Assembly: GCA_041665405.1 (NCBI GenBank)
Contig: JBAYIZ010000004.1
Coordinates: 3,958 to 67,957 of the forward strand
DNA: 64,000 bases
From: Candidatus Magasanikiibacteriota bacterium
GTDB lineage: Bacteria; Patescibacteriota; Patescibacteriia; Magasanikbacterales; GWA2-37-8
Reading direction: 5' to 3'
The first letter of the stretch is position 1. Each line of letters opens with the position of its first letter. The notes below the pieces were generated by a model. The model had not been told where the DNA came from and searched no databases. It saw only the letters and a program-made list of their open reading frames with translations. Below are positions 34,563 through 45,300 of the stretch, piece by piece. Both the position numbers and the translations under genes were made by a program.

Positions 34563-37046
34563 ATGACTGTAGTCACTTTTTTGAGACGGGTCAGCGCAAT
34601 AACTTTCGCTGTCATGCTTGGAAGTGTTTTGTTTTTTGTACTTATTTTTGGAAAAGGAGCTGTCGCACAAACTGGCTCTGAAGAAAAACCAGAAGAATTG
34701 AATGATATAAAAAAAATCACGGTCTATGCCGGTGTTGAAGTATATTATAAAAATTCCGCTTTTGAAGTAAACGGGGCGGCGAGCGACCCCAAAACCAGTT
34801 TGTCAGATCCTTTGGATATGCGTTGGTCTCAAATTTCCGGTCCAGTGGGCGGCAAGGTGATTTTCAGTCAGGCAAAGTGTACACCATCCAATTGGATGGG
34901 TTTTTGTAAGACGACTATTTCTGCCACAAAGGACGGGGTATATAAAATTCGGTTAAAAGCTACAAATATCAAAAAAAACAGTAGTTATGATGATATTGCT
35001 TTGGTGTGGGATACAAAAGCTCCAATTTTAAAGGAAGTGAAAAAGATTCCAGTTATTGGAAACGATCCTAATCCGATAGTTACTATTAATGTCTCGGTTA
35101 TCAATTCCGTCAAACAAGTTTATAATCGTTTTGGATATATTATCTATGGTGGCGCATGCGCGGGACATGATACCTCAGCCAAACAAGGAAACAATGCGAT
35201 TGAGTTGTTGAAACTAGCTGATGGCACATATAATGATTGTACTATTCAAGTACAGGATATGGCTGGAAATTTAAGTAATATCTTAAAAATTTCTAAATTT
35301 ACCATTGATACTCAGCCACCGGCGTTGCCAGAAATGAATCAACCGGAAGACGATATTACTGATTCATCATACATAATATCAGGCACAAAAGAGGCCGGGA
35401 CTTCCGTTTGGTTGAAAAATAAGGAGATAGTGAAACACAATGATGATACAAGCTGGAAGTATAAAGTTAAATTAAATAGTGGGGAAAATAAATTTAGTAT
35501 ATTTACTGAAGATAAGGCGGATAATAATAGCCACAAGGTTGTTTTTAATGTTGAAAAGCAAAAACCGGTTTGTACCGCGTGGGCATATGGTACATGGGGA
35601 AAGTGTGACGATAATCAACAAATACGAAAAATAGTTTCGGCTTCGCCGTGGAAATGTGCTGGTGGTAAACCGGTGGTGTCTAAAGATTGTAAGGCAGAAA
35701 AAAATAAACCATTGTGTGAATCGTATAATTATTCGGTGTGGAGTAAGTGTATAAACAATAAGCAGGTTAGGACTATTGAATCAACATTGCCGGATAATTG
35801 CCGTGGTGGTGAGTCGCCGGTATTGAGTCAAACATGTGGTAAAGATGTTTGTGACTCCGTCAATTACACTACATGGAGTAATTGTGATAAAACAACTGGT
35901 AAAAAAATACGTAAGGTAGAATCAACCGTGCCAGCGGTTTGTGTTGTGGAAAATCCGGTGTTGAGTACGGATTGTAACGGTTGTGAATCGTACAATTATT
36001 CAATATGGAATATTTGCGCGAATAATTTGCAAACTAGAGCTATTGAATCGACTTTTCCTGCTGATTGTAGTGGTGGTGTTAAACCAGTGTTAAGTCAGGT
36101 GTGTGGTAAGTCAACATGCGATTTTGTCTATTACACCACTTGGAGCGCTTGTGACAAAGCTACCGGCAAACGAACGCGTCAGATTGAATCAACATCACCA
36201 AAAACTTGTGTTCCGGAAAACCCAGAATTATCTAAGGATTGTAATGCCTGTGAATCATACAATTATTCTATGTGGAGCACTTGTGTAAACAATACGCAAA
36301 CGAGAACTGTTGAATCAACATTTCCGTCTGATTGTAGCGGCGGTGTTCAACCAATAAAAAGTCGTGAATGTGGTAAAACCGCTTGCGATTTTACATATTA
36401 CACTACTTGGAGTGCCTGTGATAAAGCCACTGGTCAAAGAACGCGACAAGTAGAGTCAACTGTGCCAACAGTTTGTGTTGTGGAAAATCCTTGGTTAACA
36501 AAGGATTGTAATGCTTGTGAGTCATACAATTATTCTATGTGGAGCGCTTGTGTGAATAATACGCAGAGCCGAACTATTGAATCCACTTTTCCTTCTGATT
36601 GTAGTGGTGGTGCTCAACCATTATTGAGCAGGGAGTGTGGCAAGGAATTCTGTGATTATGTTTATTACACAACATGGAGTAAGTGCGATAAAAATACTGG
36701 TCAAAGAACACGGGCGGTAGAATCAACTTCACCAGCGGTTTGTGTTCCGGAAAATCCTTGGCTGACAAAAGATTGTGATCTATGTGAGTCATATAACTAT
36801 TCGGCATGGAGTGAGTGCGATGGGAGTGGGGTACAACATCGTACTATGGAATCAACATTTCCTGAAGATTGTTATGGAGGAGCCTCACAAACATACACAC
36901 GTACATGTCCGCCTTGTGACTCATGGATATATTCCTCATGGGGCACTTGCGCGAACGGTCAACAGACCAGAACTGTAATGCCAGGGACGGCTCTACCTCT
37001 TAATTGTTGGGGTGGTTCACCGTTGCTTTCACAGTCGTGCTTTTGA
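34563..37046 (+). CDS. Secreted Ig-like plus thrombospondin type-1-like Cys-rich repeat protein
   Basis: Signal/TM; WSQISGP and DTxAP Ig-like units; ~11 W-S-x-C...RxR repeats. Confidence 0.75.
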   Translation: MTVVTFLRRVSAITFAVMLGSVLFFVLIFGKGAVAQTGSEEKPEELNDIKKITVYAGVEVYYKNSAFEVNGAASDPKTSLSDPLDMRWSQISGPVGGKVIFSQAKCTPSNWMGFCKTTISATKDGVYKIRLKATNIKKNSSYDDIALVWDTKAPILKEVKKIPVIGNDPNPIVTINVSVINSVKQVYNRFGYIIYGGACAGHDTSAKQGNNAIELLKLADGTYNDCTIQVQDMAGNLSNILKISKFTIDTQPPALPEMNQPEDDITDSSYIISGTKEAGTSVWLKNKEIVKHNDDTSWKYKVKLNSGENKFSIFTEDKADNNSHKVVFNVEKQKPVCTAWAYGTWGKCDDNQQIRKIVSASPWKCAGGKPVVSKDCKAEKNKPLCESYNYSVWSKCINNKQVRTIESTLPDNCRGGESPVLSQTCGKDVCDSVNYTTWSNCDKTTGKKIRKVESTVPAVCVVENPVLSTDCNGCESYNYSIWNICANNLQTRAIESTFPADCSGGVKPVLSQVCGKSTCDFVYYTTWSACDKATGKRTRQIESTSPKTCVPENPELSKDCNACESYNYSMWSTCVNNTQTRTVESTFPSDCSGGVQPIKSRECGKTACDFTYYTTWSACDKATGQRTRQVESTVPTVCVVENPWLTKDCNACESYNYSMWSACVNNTQSRTIESTFPSDCSGGAQPLLSRECGKEFCDYVYYTTWSKCDKNTGQRTRAVESTSPAVCVPENPWLTKDCDLCESYNYSAWSECDGSGVQHRTMESTFPEDCYGGASQTYTRTCPPCDSWIYSSWGTCANGQQTRTVMPGTALPLNCWGGSPLLSQSCF
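35715..36920 (+). repeat. 267-bp intragenic tandem repeat (89 aa, two TSP1-like units each)
   Basis: TGTGA(A/G)TC(G/A)TA(C/T)AA(T/C)TATT recurs at 35715, 35982, 36249, 36516, 36783. Confidence 0.85.
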
Positions 37047-37107
37047 TTACAATTTTAATTCAAAGGTCGAATATTGACTAAAGTTAAATTTAAATTTATT
37101 AAAATTT

Positions 37108-37503
37108 ATGAATTCAAAAAATAAATTTTTAGCAACAGTAGTTTTATTTTCAGGAGTTCTTTTGTTGGTAGGGGCAGGTTGTGCGCAAAAATCAACTATT
37201 CCAACACCAAAAAATGAAGGCACACCAGCTGTCGCTCCAGCAAAAGAAGAAGCGGCAAAACCGGGGGACGTCGGTAGTATGACAGATGATATTTATGTAA
37301 ATATAGCGGCCGAAATGAATTATGCGCTAGGAAAAGGGGATCTAAAATATTCTGGGGATGAAGGATTTGCGAAATTATTAAAGGACAATGGTGTAACAAA
37401 GGAAAATTTTGATGCCTTTTCAACAGCATTGGAGAAAGATAACGCTCGTTCAGCTAGTTTAGGATTGAAGATTATGGAACGGCTTAAGGAAATTTCAAAG
37501 TAA
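37108..37503 (+). CDS. Lipoprotein, hypothetical
   Basis: LVGAGC lipobox. Confidence 0.6.
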   Translation: MNSKNKFLATVVLFSGVLLLVGAGCAQKSTIPTPKNEGTPAVAPAKEEAAKPGDVGSMTDDIYVNIAAEMNYALGKGDLKYSGDEGFAKLLKDNGVTKENFDAFSTALEKDNARSASLGLKIMERLKEISK

Positions 37504-37515
37504 CAAATAATAAAA

Positions 37516-37550
37516 ACAGGTGAAAGCGAAATAAATTCGCTTTCACCTGT
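37516..37550. other. Perfect 15-bp inverted repeat (hairpin)
   Basis: ACAGGTGAAAGCGAA-ATAAA-TTCGCTTTCACCTGT. Confidence 0.7.
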
Positions 37551-37577
37551 AAAGTGTTTTTGGAATATTTTTTTAGT

Positions 37578-39815
37578 ATGAAATTTAAAGGAATCCAATT
37601 TAAAAATTCTGAACATATTTTTATAATTTTGGCGATTATTTTTTGTGTTTTAATTGTTTGGGGAGCCAGTCGCGCGCAAATCGCGCAAGATGCGATTACT
37701 TTTGTTAAACATTATCGGATACAAGATTGGTCAGACGCCAGAGGTATTTTTCAAACCAAAGATGGTGGATATATTTTTACCGGTCAGGCAAATTCTGATA
37801 AAATGGGGGTGTTGTCGGATATGGACGCTTTTATTTCCAAAGTTGACGCGCAAGGTGATCAACAATGGACCAAACTTTTTCAATCATTTCATTTGGTAAA
37901 AATAGATAAAGGTATCGGTGGGTATGCTAAAAAAGGGGATGAATATGGCCGTGAAATTGTTGAGCTTAATGACGGCAGTTTTTTGATGGCTAGCCAAGGG
38001 GTGGGTTTTGTGGATAGTAAATATTTAAAATCAAAAGAGAAATGGGATGATGTTTTTTTAACTAAATTTGATAAGCTCGGTAATCATCTTTGGACAAAAA
38101 TGATCGGCGATTATTCTACTGATCGCGTTTACAAAGTTTTTGCTACGCAAGATAATGGATTTTTATTTTCCGGTTATTCTACTCAGACCGGTTTTGGCAA
38201 AAAAACAGCGCCAACTTATTTTATTTTGGCTAAATTTGATAAAAATGGAAAAAAAGAGTGGTCAAAAATGGCGGATATGTCCAATGTGGATATTCAACCG
38301 TTGGCCGAAGGTGGTTTTATCGGGATAGGCAGTGTCAAAACCGCTGGTAAAGAAAGTGGCCCCGCAGAAAAATTTGTAGATTCAGCCATACCTGTGGTTA
38401 TTAAATTTAATTCCAATTTTGGAATTGAGTGGTCAAAAAGTTTAGAAATTGTTCCGTTGGAGGAATCAATTTATAAGACGGGTGAGGATGGCCACACCAA
38501 AATGAGTTATAGAACAACGCGAAATGCGGCTGGTAAATTGTTCACTATTTCGCAAACCGCTGATGGCTATATGGCCTTGGGTTTTATGTCTCCGATTTTA
38601 TCCGCTGGTTCTATTTTTTCTACGCCAGCCGGTAAATATTCATTAATGGCTATAAAAATAAATAAGTCCGGTGATTTGCAATGGGCGAAAGCGATAAAAT
38701 TGGGAATACAATATGGCGGGCAATTTAATAATGATGTAAGCGGGACAAAAATAATCAAAACAAATGATAATGGTTTTGTTTTTAAAATTGATTTTTTGCC
38801 ACCTCCTAGAATTGATCAAGAAAATAAGACAGACATAGTTGATGGAAAATCAGATCAATTAAATGCTTTGTGTGAAAGTAAAAATAGAGTTCAGGATTGT
38901 GAAGATGGAAAAATAACCAATGATCCGGAAATTCTTTTGGCATGGGAAGATTATATTAAGACGGCCAAGAGTTTTGATACAACTTTAAATAATGGTATTT
39001 TATTGGTAAAAACAGATGCGGATTTTAACCCACAATGGTCAAAAAAGATTAGTTTGGAAGATTATGTTTATGGTTATGGAATTGCGCCAACTGCAGATGA
39101 TGGTTTGATTATTTCCGGCAGTTACAATACCTCAATTTTAAGTTATAGTACCGGCATGGGGCAGGGTTATTTTGTGGATACTTTGCTTCTTAAATTGGAT
39201 GTTAATGGTAACGCCGCCAATAACCAAGGAATGATTTCCGAATATAATGATTTGTCTATCAAAGATGTCGGACCTTTTCTGGCCTTAAAAGATTTTGCGC
39301 CAGTGGTAAAAAATATCGTTTTAAAAATTGATAAAAAAGTGGTACCAAAAACGCCGGTTTTCAAAACGAAAGTTATAGATATTTACGCCACGGCTGTTAC
39401 CTCGGTGGAGCCAGTTGGTTCTGGTAGTTTACCAAAAGTTTTTCCTGCTCAAATTCCACCAATAACAAAAACTTGGGCGGAAATAAATTTTGCGAGTATG
39501 GCAGATACCGTAGAAATAAAACCAGTTTATAAAACTGCTATTCAAGTTAATCAAGAAATTTTACCTGTCCTTAATCAAATATTTTCCAATGAAGTAAAAT
39601 TAAAACCGGATGTTTTTGGTGGTCTGGAATATGTTTTTGGACGGTTGGTGAATGAGAGTGATAAAACGGCAGTACAAAAATATCTTGAAGGGATTGGATA
39701 TAAAACTTATTTAGCCGAAGGCGACCAACTAGTAATGATGAAAATTGGCAGGACGCTGACCATCACTTTTTCTTTCGCGGATAAGACGCAAGGGACTTTG
39801 TATGTGACTTATTAA
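37578..39815 (+). CDS. Exported beta-propeller-like protein, paralog 1
   Basis: Repeated TxDGGY..G and K.D..G...W.K motifs; N-terminal TM. Confidence 0.7.
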   Translation: MKFKGIQFKNSEHIFIILAIIFCVLIVWGASRAQIAQDAITFVKHYRIQDWSDARGIFQTKDGGYIFTGQANSDKMGVLSDMDAFISKVDAQGDQQWTKLFQSFHLVKIDKGIGGYAKKGDEYGREIVELNDGSFLMASQGVGFVDSKYLKSKEKWDDVFLTKFDKLGNHLWTKMIGDYSTDRVYKVFATQDNGFLFSGYSTQTGFGKKTAPTYFILAKFDKNGKKEWSKMADMSNVDIQPLAEGGFIGIGSVKTAGKESGPAEKFVDSAIPVVIKFNSNFGIEWSKSLEIVPLEESIYKTGEDGHTKMSYRTTRNAAGKLFTISQTADGYMALGFMSPILSAGSIFSTPAGKYSLMAIKINKSGDLQWAKAIKLGIQYGGQFNNDVSGTKIIKTNDNGFVFKIDFLPPPRIDQENKTDIVDGKSDQLNALCESKNRVQDCEDGKITNDPEILLAWEDYIKTAKSFDTTLNNGILLVKTDADFNPQWSKKISLEDYVYGYGIAPTADDGLIISGSYNTSILSYSTGMGQGYFVDTLLLKLDVNGNAANNQGMISEYNDLSIKDVGPFLALKDFAPVVKNIVLKIDKKVVPKTPVFKTKVIDIYATAVTSVEPVGSGSLPKVFPAQIPPITKTWAEINFASMADTVEIKPVYKTAIQVNQEILPVLNQIFSNEVKLKPDVFGGLEYVFGRLVNESDKTAVQKYLEGIGYKTYLAEGDQLVMMKIGRTLTITFSFADKTQGTLYVTY

Positions 39816-39830
39816 TGAATAATTATTTTT

Positions 39831-40679
39831 ATGGAAAAAAATATAATAACTCATTTACATAAAACTTTTGAAGATTGTGTTCACATAGAAGATGATATTG
39901 AATTTTGGTTAGCAAGGGAATTACAGGTTTTGCTTGGGTATGAGAGGTGGGAGAATTTTGAAAATGCCATAAAAAGGGCAAAAATTGCTTGTACAAATGC
40001 TAAAAATGATGTTTTGGACCATTTTCGTGGCGTCACGAAAATGGTTGATGTTGGTTCTAGAACGACTCGTGAGATAGAGGATATAAAACTCACCCGTTAC
40101 GCGTGCTATCTTATCGCTCAAAATGGCGACCCACGCAAGGATGAAATCGCTTTTGCTATGACATATTTCGCGGTTCAGACCCGTAAACAAGAAATTATAG
40201 AACAGCGATTGGCTCAGTGGGATCGTTTACATGCGCGAGAAAAACTTTCCATATCCGAAAAAGGGCTTTCAGGTATATTATTTGAGCGAGGTGTTGATAA
40301 TGTAGGTTTTGCACGAATTCGCAGTAAGGGCGACGCGGCGTTATTTGGCGGGTATACCACAAGCGAAATGAAAAATAAATTAAGAGTTCCAGTTAGCCGT
40401 CCACTTGCGGATTTTTTGCCAAGTGTAACTATAAAAGCTAAAGATTTGGCGACTGAAATAACCAGCCATAATGTTAAAAAAGATCAATCGCTTAATGGCG
40501 AGCCGATAATCACCGACGAACATATAAAAAATAATCAAAATATGCGTGATATGTTGGTCAAGAGTGGTATCTATCCGGAGTCATTGCCACCGGAGGAAGA
40601 TGTTAAAAAAATGGAACGAAAAATCAAATCCGCGGATAAAAAATTGGTAAAAAATGTTAAGAAGTTAATAAGGGAATAA
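39831..40679 (+). CDS. dinD: DNA damage-inducible protein D (Bro-N-like)
   Basis: FWLARELQVLLGYERWENF, LTRYACYLIAQNGDPRK, YFAVQTRKQE, RPLADFLP. Confidence 0.85.
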   Translation: MEKNIITHLHKTFEDCVHIEDDIEFWLARELQVLLGYERWENFENAIKRAKIACTNAKNDVLDHFRGVTKMVDVGSRTTREIEDIKLTRYACYLIAQNGDPRKDEIAFAMTYFAVQTRKQEIIEQRLAQWDRLHAREKLSISEKGLSGILFERGVDNVGFARIRSKGDAALFGGYTTSEMKNKLRVPVSRPLADFLPSVTIKAKDLATEITSHNVKKDQSLNGEPIITDEHIKNNQNMRDMLVKSGIYPESLPPEEDVKKMERKIKSADKKLVKNVKKLIRE

Positions 40680-40749
40680 AAATTAATTAACAAAACAAAT
40701 TGTTTTTGTCACTTAAAAAAATAAAATAAAAAAGAAAAGAAAATAATTT

Positions 40750-42741
40750 ATGAAATCAATTTTCATTGAGAAAGTAAATCATGAAATAAAGAATGATTTT
40801 TCATATTCCTTTGAAACAAACGAAGGAATTTTTCTTATTGAAATAATCGCGAAGGCAAAAAGTTGGTGGCAGAATTTAAAAGGCCTGAAAAGTTTTTTTA
40901 AGGATGATGATATAACTTTGAATTTAAATAATGCTGAAATTTTTACTTCCAACAGCAAGGATAGCGATGTCAGAGCGATCTGGAATGGCAATGAGTTAAA
41001 GGGCTTAACCAAAACAGTATTGGTAGTCGCAAAATTAAAAAAAGGTAAACATTCGTTGATTTTTAAGCCAGATAAAATCCCTATTTTAGAAAGCATTAGA
41101 ATAATAGAAATAGAAGAAATAGATGCCAATAAAATAATTTACATCCCGATTGACAACAATCCACCCGAGAAAGGTGATAGAAGACCGTGGATAAGTTATG
41201 TTTTTCTTAATTTAGCCGTTAAAGAATTGAGCATACTTGCTAAGGCAAATAAGGAAAGTGGGGATGATCAAGATATTAAGTTAATTATTGACGGAAAGGT
41301 GGAAGAGAATGAAGATAAAAGTTCGCATAAAGATTGGTTTTGGTGCGGGAAAGTATTAAAGGGGAATGAAAAGGAATTTAAAAAAGAAATAAACTTAAAA
41401 AGTGGAAAACATTCTATTGAATTATGGGCGGATAAATGTCCATATCTAAAAAAGATTGAGGTAATTGTTTCGGATACTGAGGATAGTAGTAAAGGAGAAA
41501 ATAACGCAGTAATTATTAAACCCTATACTTGCGGAGGCGTGGGTTGTAAGGAAAATTATAATCGGTATGATGAAATAATAGCTGAAGTTGTCGCTTATTG
41601 GAATAATGAATTTTTGAAAGATATTGATCCACCAGACGAACCTTTGAATCCGAACTTAGTGAAAGCAATGATATATCAGGAAAGCAGGATGGGATTTGAT
41701 GAAACGGCTGGAATAAATATAATGCAAGTTGGGAATGAGGGCGATCCATCAATATTAACTTTGAGAGGAGAGTCCCCAGAATATTGGATTCACAATGGAA
41801 AATTAATTCTCTTAAAATATGACGCCAAAGTAGAATCTACAAAAGATAGCGTCAATTGGGGTGTAAGGTGGCTTTATCACAAAGCCCAAGGATCAACAAA
41901 AGATAAAAAAAGATATTGGATACCATGGAGAGATGCTGTAATAAAATATGGACCTCCGGAAGAAGAATACATTGTTAGTGTTTGGAATATTTATAAGAAT
42001 GGGATTAAAAAAGAAAAAAATGGGGCAGTCCGTTTATGGTCAATAATTTTGCTCGCTCTTATAATTTTATTTTGTGGCAAGGGAGAGGCCTATTCGTTTG
42101 ATGTGAAGATGAATGATCAAATTATTAAGGAACAAAATCAAGAAATTGATGGCATTGAATTATCATACAGCAAGGATAAAAAATATTTTTTGGCGCAAAT
42201 AGAGCAGGAAAAAGATTGGTGGGAGAAATTTGGAGTTGGCCGACTTGTTAAAGAAAATATTCATTGGCTTACAATAGATAAACCGTTGGATGGACCATTT
42301 GGTGAGCAGGCTATTTTATCAGCAAAATTTGTTGATTTAAAGGAGTTTGGTAATCCATTGGTAGAGATCTATGGATTAACACACATTGGTCATGGTTTTT
42401 TATATATTTATGAAATTAAAGATGACGAGTTAAATTTATTATTTAAGTCCCCTGCAGTTGACTTCAACCCTGACACCAGATGGGCGCCGGGTAATTACAA
42501 AAAATACGGATATGGAACTTGCGGCGAGATTTTTGTCGGCGGGAAATTAGCGAGCGATTATAAAGATGTAAACAATGACGGTATCTCGGATATAATTTTA
42601 AGCGGTACGCAAGAAATAATTTGTGAAAGCGAAGGTGATTTTGCTGCAATCCATGAGTTTAAGGTAGCTACGATTCCAGTGAAAAGAATTTTTTTGTGGG
42701 ATAATAATGCGCGTGTTTGGAGTGGTGGATCGGCTAATTAA
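40750..42741 (+). CDS. Hypothetical multidomain protein with lytic transglycosylase (SLT)-like domain
   Basis: Duplicated N-terminal domain; PNLVKAMIYQESR...IMQV motif; internal TM; DVNNDGISDI. Confidence 0.55.
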   Translation: MKSIFIEKVNHEIKNDFSYSFETNEGIFLIEIIAKAKSWWQNLKGLKSFFKDDDITLNLNNAEIFTSNSKDSDVRAIWNGNELKGLTKTVLVVAKLKKGKHSLIFKPDKIPILESIRIIEIEEIDANKIIYIPIDNNPPEKGDRRPWISYVFLNLAVKELSILAKANKESGDDQDIKLIIDGKVEENEDKSSHKDWFWCGKVLKGNEKEFKKEINLKSGKHSIELWADKCPYLKKIEVIVSDTEDSSKGENNAVIIKPYTCGGVGCKENYNRYDEIIAEVVAYWNNEFLKDIDPPDEPLNPNLVKAMIYQESRMGFDETAGINIMQVGNEGDPSILTLRGESPEYWIHNGKLILLKYDAKVESTKDSVNWGVRWLYHKAQGSTKDKKRYWIPWRDAVIKYGPPEEEYIVSVWNIYKNGIKKEKNGAVRLWSIILLALIILFCGKGEAYSFDVKMNDQIIKEQNQEIDGIELSYSKDKKYFLAQIEQEKDWWEKFGVGRLVKENIHWLTIDKPLDGPFGEQAILSAKFVDLKEFGNPLVEIYGLTHIGHGFLYIYEIKDDELNLLFKSPAVDFNPDTRWAPGNYKKYGYGTCGEIFVGGKLASDYKDVNNDGISDIILSGTQEIICESEGDFAAIHEFKVATIPVKRIFLWDNNARVWSGGSAN

Positions 42742-42771
42742 TAATAATATATCAAAAATATTAATAATTCT

Positions 42772-45087
42772 ATGTCAAAAATTAGTTCATTTTTTAAAAA
42801 TAGTTGGCAATTTTTTTTGATTGGTATTTTATTTGTTGGTAGTTTTAGTTCATTTTATTTTTTTTGTAATCAGATTTTGTCTGTTAGTGCCGAACCGAAT
42901 AGTATTATGTTCGCCAACCCAGCGGGGACAATAAATATTCCAAATACCACTTTTCTCAAATCATATCGTCTTTTGGCTTTAACAAAAATCAGCGGCACTT
43001 GGCCGACTAAAGATGGTGGATATATTGTTTCAGGCACTACTGATCCAAATATTATGATGGTGCCACCAGATGGTTTTGTGGCCAAATTGGATAAACAAGG
43101 CAGTGTTTTGTGGATGAAATTTTTGAAAAGTACCAATGCGGCCGGTGTTGGTAATCGGCTTGGTGACGAAGATGTGCAATCAATTATTGAACTGGAAAAT
43201 GGTGGCTATTTGATGGCTTCCAAGGTCTGGGGTTTTATCACGACTGCGGAATCTAGCTCTGGTGGAGAAGTAAATAAAATTTTGCTTACGAGATTAGATA
43301 AAAACGGCAACATGATTTGGAATAAATCATTTACCGCGGCAGTGGAGGACGCAAAAAATTCTTTAGTGGAAACCGAAGATGGTTTTGTGTTTCACGCGAA
43401 CATGATTGATCTCGCACCTTCTAAAAGAGGAGAAGACAGTGCTGTATATATGGATCTGCCTTTCGCCTCGTTGAAGGTTTTGAAATTGGATAAAAATGGA
43501 AATCTTTTGTGGTCAAAAAATATCAAAAATTTTATTGCTCGCGAAAATGCTTCTTATTTTATTGCGACACAGGATGGTGGATATGCTTTGGCCGGAAATA
43601 TAACCGAAACCAATCCGGAAAAAGAACCGCCTTATAATTTTGATACTTATCCGGGTTTGGCAAAGTTTGATAAAGATTTTAATTTTGAATGGGCGAAAAG
43701 CATGGAAGGCATACCTCTGGATATGGCAATGGCCGTTCTTCAAGAGGATGGGAGTTATAAAATGGTTTGGAAAAAATGGCGTCAGGGAGCGATGGTGGCT
43801 CACGGTCTTGTTCAAACAGGGGATAATGGATATTTAATTTTAGGAAATTTTTCCGGATTATCTATGTTGTCTGATAGTTTTAATTTAAAAGCCGGTGTAA
43901 AAAATTGGATGGTAGGATTCAAATTTGATTCTACCGGCAATATGGAATGGGCAAAAAAATTAACTTTTGGTTTTAATGAATTTACTTCGCCGATGCTGAA
44001 ATTTTCCATGTCTATGACGGATGATAATCAAATAATGGTTGTTGGTCCAATTACTTGGGCGCAGGATGATTATCATACGCAAATTATCAATGCCAACACA
44101 CAGCGTGATTTATATTGTGTAAAATATCAAATTAGTGAGGAAAAATGCAAAGGTAATCAAATAGAAAATATTAAGGATAGTGAACAAACAGAACAAGATT
44201 GGGAAAAAGTGCAGACACTATATACATCTGTGCAAGAATCCTTTCGTCCGGGTGTATTTATGATGAAAATGGATGATAAATTAAATACAAGTTGGGCAAA
44301 GATAATTAACCCACAGCGCGCGGTTACGAATTATGTTTTGGAGCCGACGACAGATAGTGGTGCGGTCATCGCAGGTGAATATTCAACCAATGTAGTTAAA
44401 TCGGTTACCTTTGGTGAGAAAAATTATTATAAGGATGGTTTTTTGATGAAGTTAGACGCTAGTGGAAATGTAAAAGATGACAAAAATTGGATCATAGATT
44501 TTAATGGTGGGTTTGTCACGGAATTGATGACACCGTATTCTATTACGAATAATATAGTTGTAAAAGTAGATCCTTTTAAAATTAAATTAACAGCGCGAAA
44601 ACCGGAATTTTCACTTTATAGTAAAACAAAAACTACTATTTACGCACCTTTTAATAAATCTCTCAGCACCCCGTCTCCTACTGCGCCTATAGTGAATGCC
44701 AACAATGCTCCTTTATTAAATTCTATCATTAATTCAACCGCGCCTAGAACTTGGCCGCAAATTAATTATGAAAAAGCAGTTCCAGTTGAGCCAATCAACG
44801 ATAGAAGTCGCACTCTCAACAATGAACTTTTGCCGATTTTGAATCAACTTTATAACAACCAAGTTAAATTAAACGACAACATGGGTGGATCAATGCTTAG
44901 TTATGTTTTTGGTCGGGTTATTACCACAGAAGATATGACAGCAGTAAAAAATTATTTAGTGGGTTTGGGATATAAAACCCAAGACGAAGGACAGTATCAG
45001 TTGACAATATATAAAGTTGGATATTTCTTGAATTTAACTTTTACGGTGAACAATCTTAATAATGCGTCTTTGGATGTGACTTATTAA
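42772..45087 (+). CDS. Exported beta-propeller-like protein, paralog 2
   Basis: Same architecture and C-terminus (..VTY*) as 37578-39815. Confidence 0.7.
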   Translation: MSKISSFFKNSWQFFLIGILFVGSFSSFYFFCNQILSVSAEPNSIMFANPAGTINIPNTTFLKSYRLLALTKISGTWPTKDGGYIVSGTTDPNIMMVPPDGFVAKLDKQGSVLWMKFLKSTNAAGVGNRLGDEDVQSIIELENGGYLMASKVWGFITTAESSSGGEVNKILLTRLDKNGNMIWNKSFTAAVEDAKNSLVETEDGFVFHANMIDLAPSKRGEDSAVYMDLPFASLKVLKLDKNGNLLWSKNIKNFIARENASYFIATQDGGYALAGNITETNPEKEPPYNFDTYPGLAKFDKDFNFEWAKSMEGIPLDMAMAVLQEDGSYKMVWKKWRQGAMVAHGLVQTGDNGYLILGNFSGLSMLSDSFNLKAGVKNWMVGFKFDSTGNMEWAKKLTFGFNEFTSPMLKFSMSMTDDNQIMVVGPITWAQDDYHTQIINANTQRDLYCVKYQISEEKCKGNQIENIKDSEQTEQDWEKVQTLYTSVQESFRPGVFMMKMDDKLNTSWAKIINPQRAVTNYVLEPTTDSGAVIAGEYSTNVVKSVTFGEKNYYKDGFLMKLDASGNVKDDKNWIIDFNGGFVTELMTPYSITNNIVVKVDPFKIKLTARKPEFSLYSKTKTTIYAPFNKSLSTPSPTAPIVNANNAPLLNSIINSTAPRTWPQINYEKAVPVEPINDRSRTLNNELLPILNQLYNNQVKLNDNMGGSMLSYVFGRVITTEDMTAVKNYLVGLGYKTQDEGQYQLTIYKVGYFLNLTFTVNNLNNASLDVTY

Positions 45088-45300
45088 ATTAAATGTAGTT
45101 GCTTCCAAAAGTTATGCACTGCTACTATTTTGGATTTAAAGTATAAAAAGTGTTATAATACATGCTGACCCGTGCCCTTATTAAAAGGATCATGTTAAAT
45201 TTCATTTCAACAATTTTTTTAAATATAATTTTCTTAGGAAGCCAAGATAAATTTTTGGTTTCTTTTATTTTTTATTAATTTCATTAATTTAAATATTAAT

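Noticed and set aside
35715-36920. Diversity-generating retroelement TR/VR pair
   Set aside because: In-frame tandem protein repeats with differences not confined to adenines; no reverse transcriptase in the window.
27985-42741. Prophage, suggested by Bro-N, DinD and SLT-like genes
   Set aside because: No integrase, terminase, capsid or tail genes seen.
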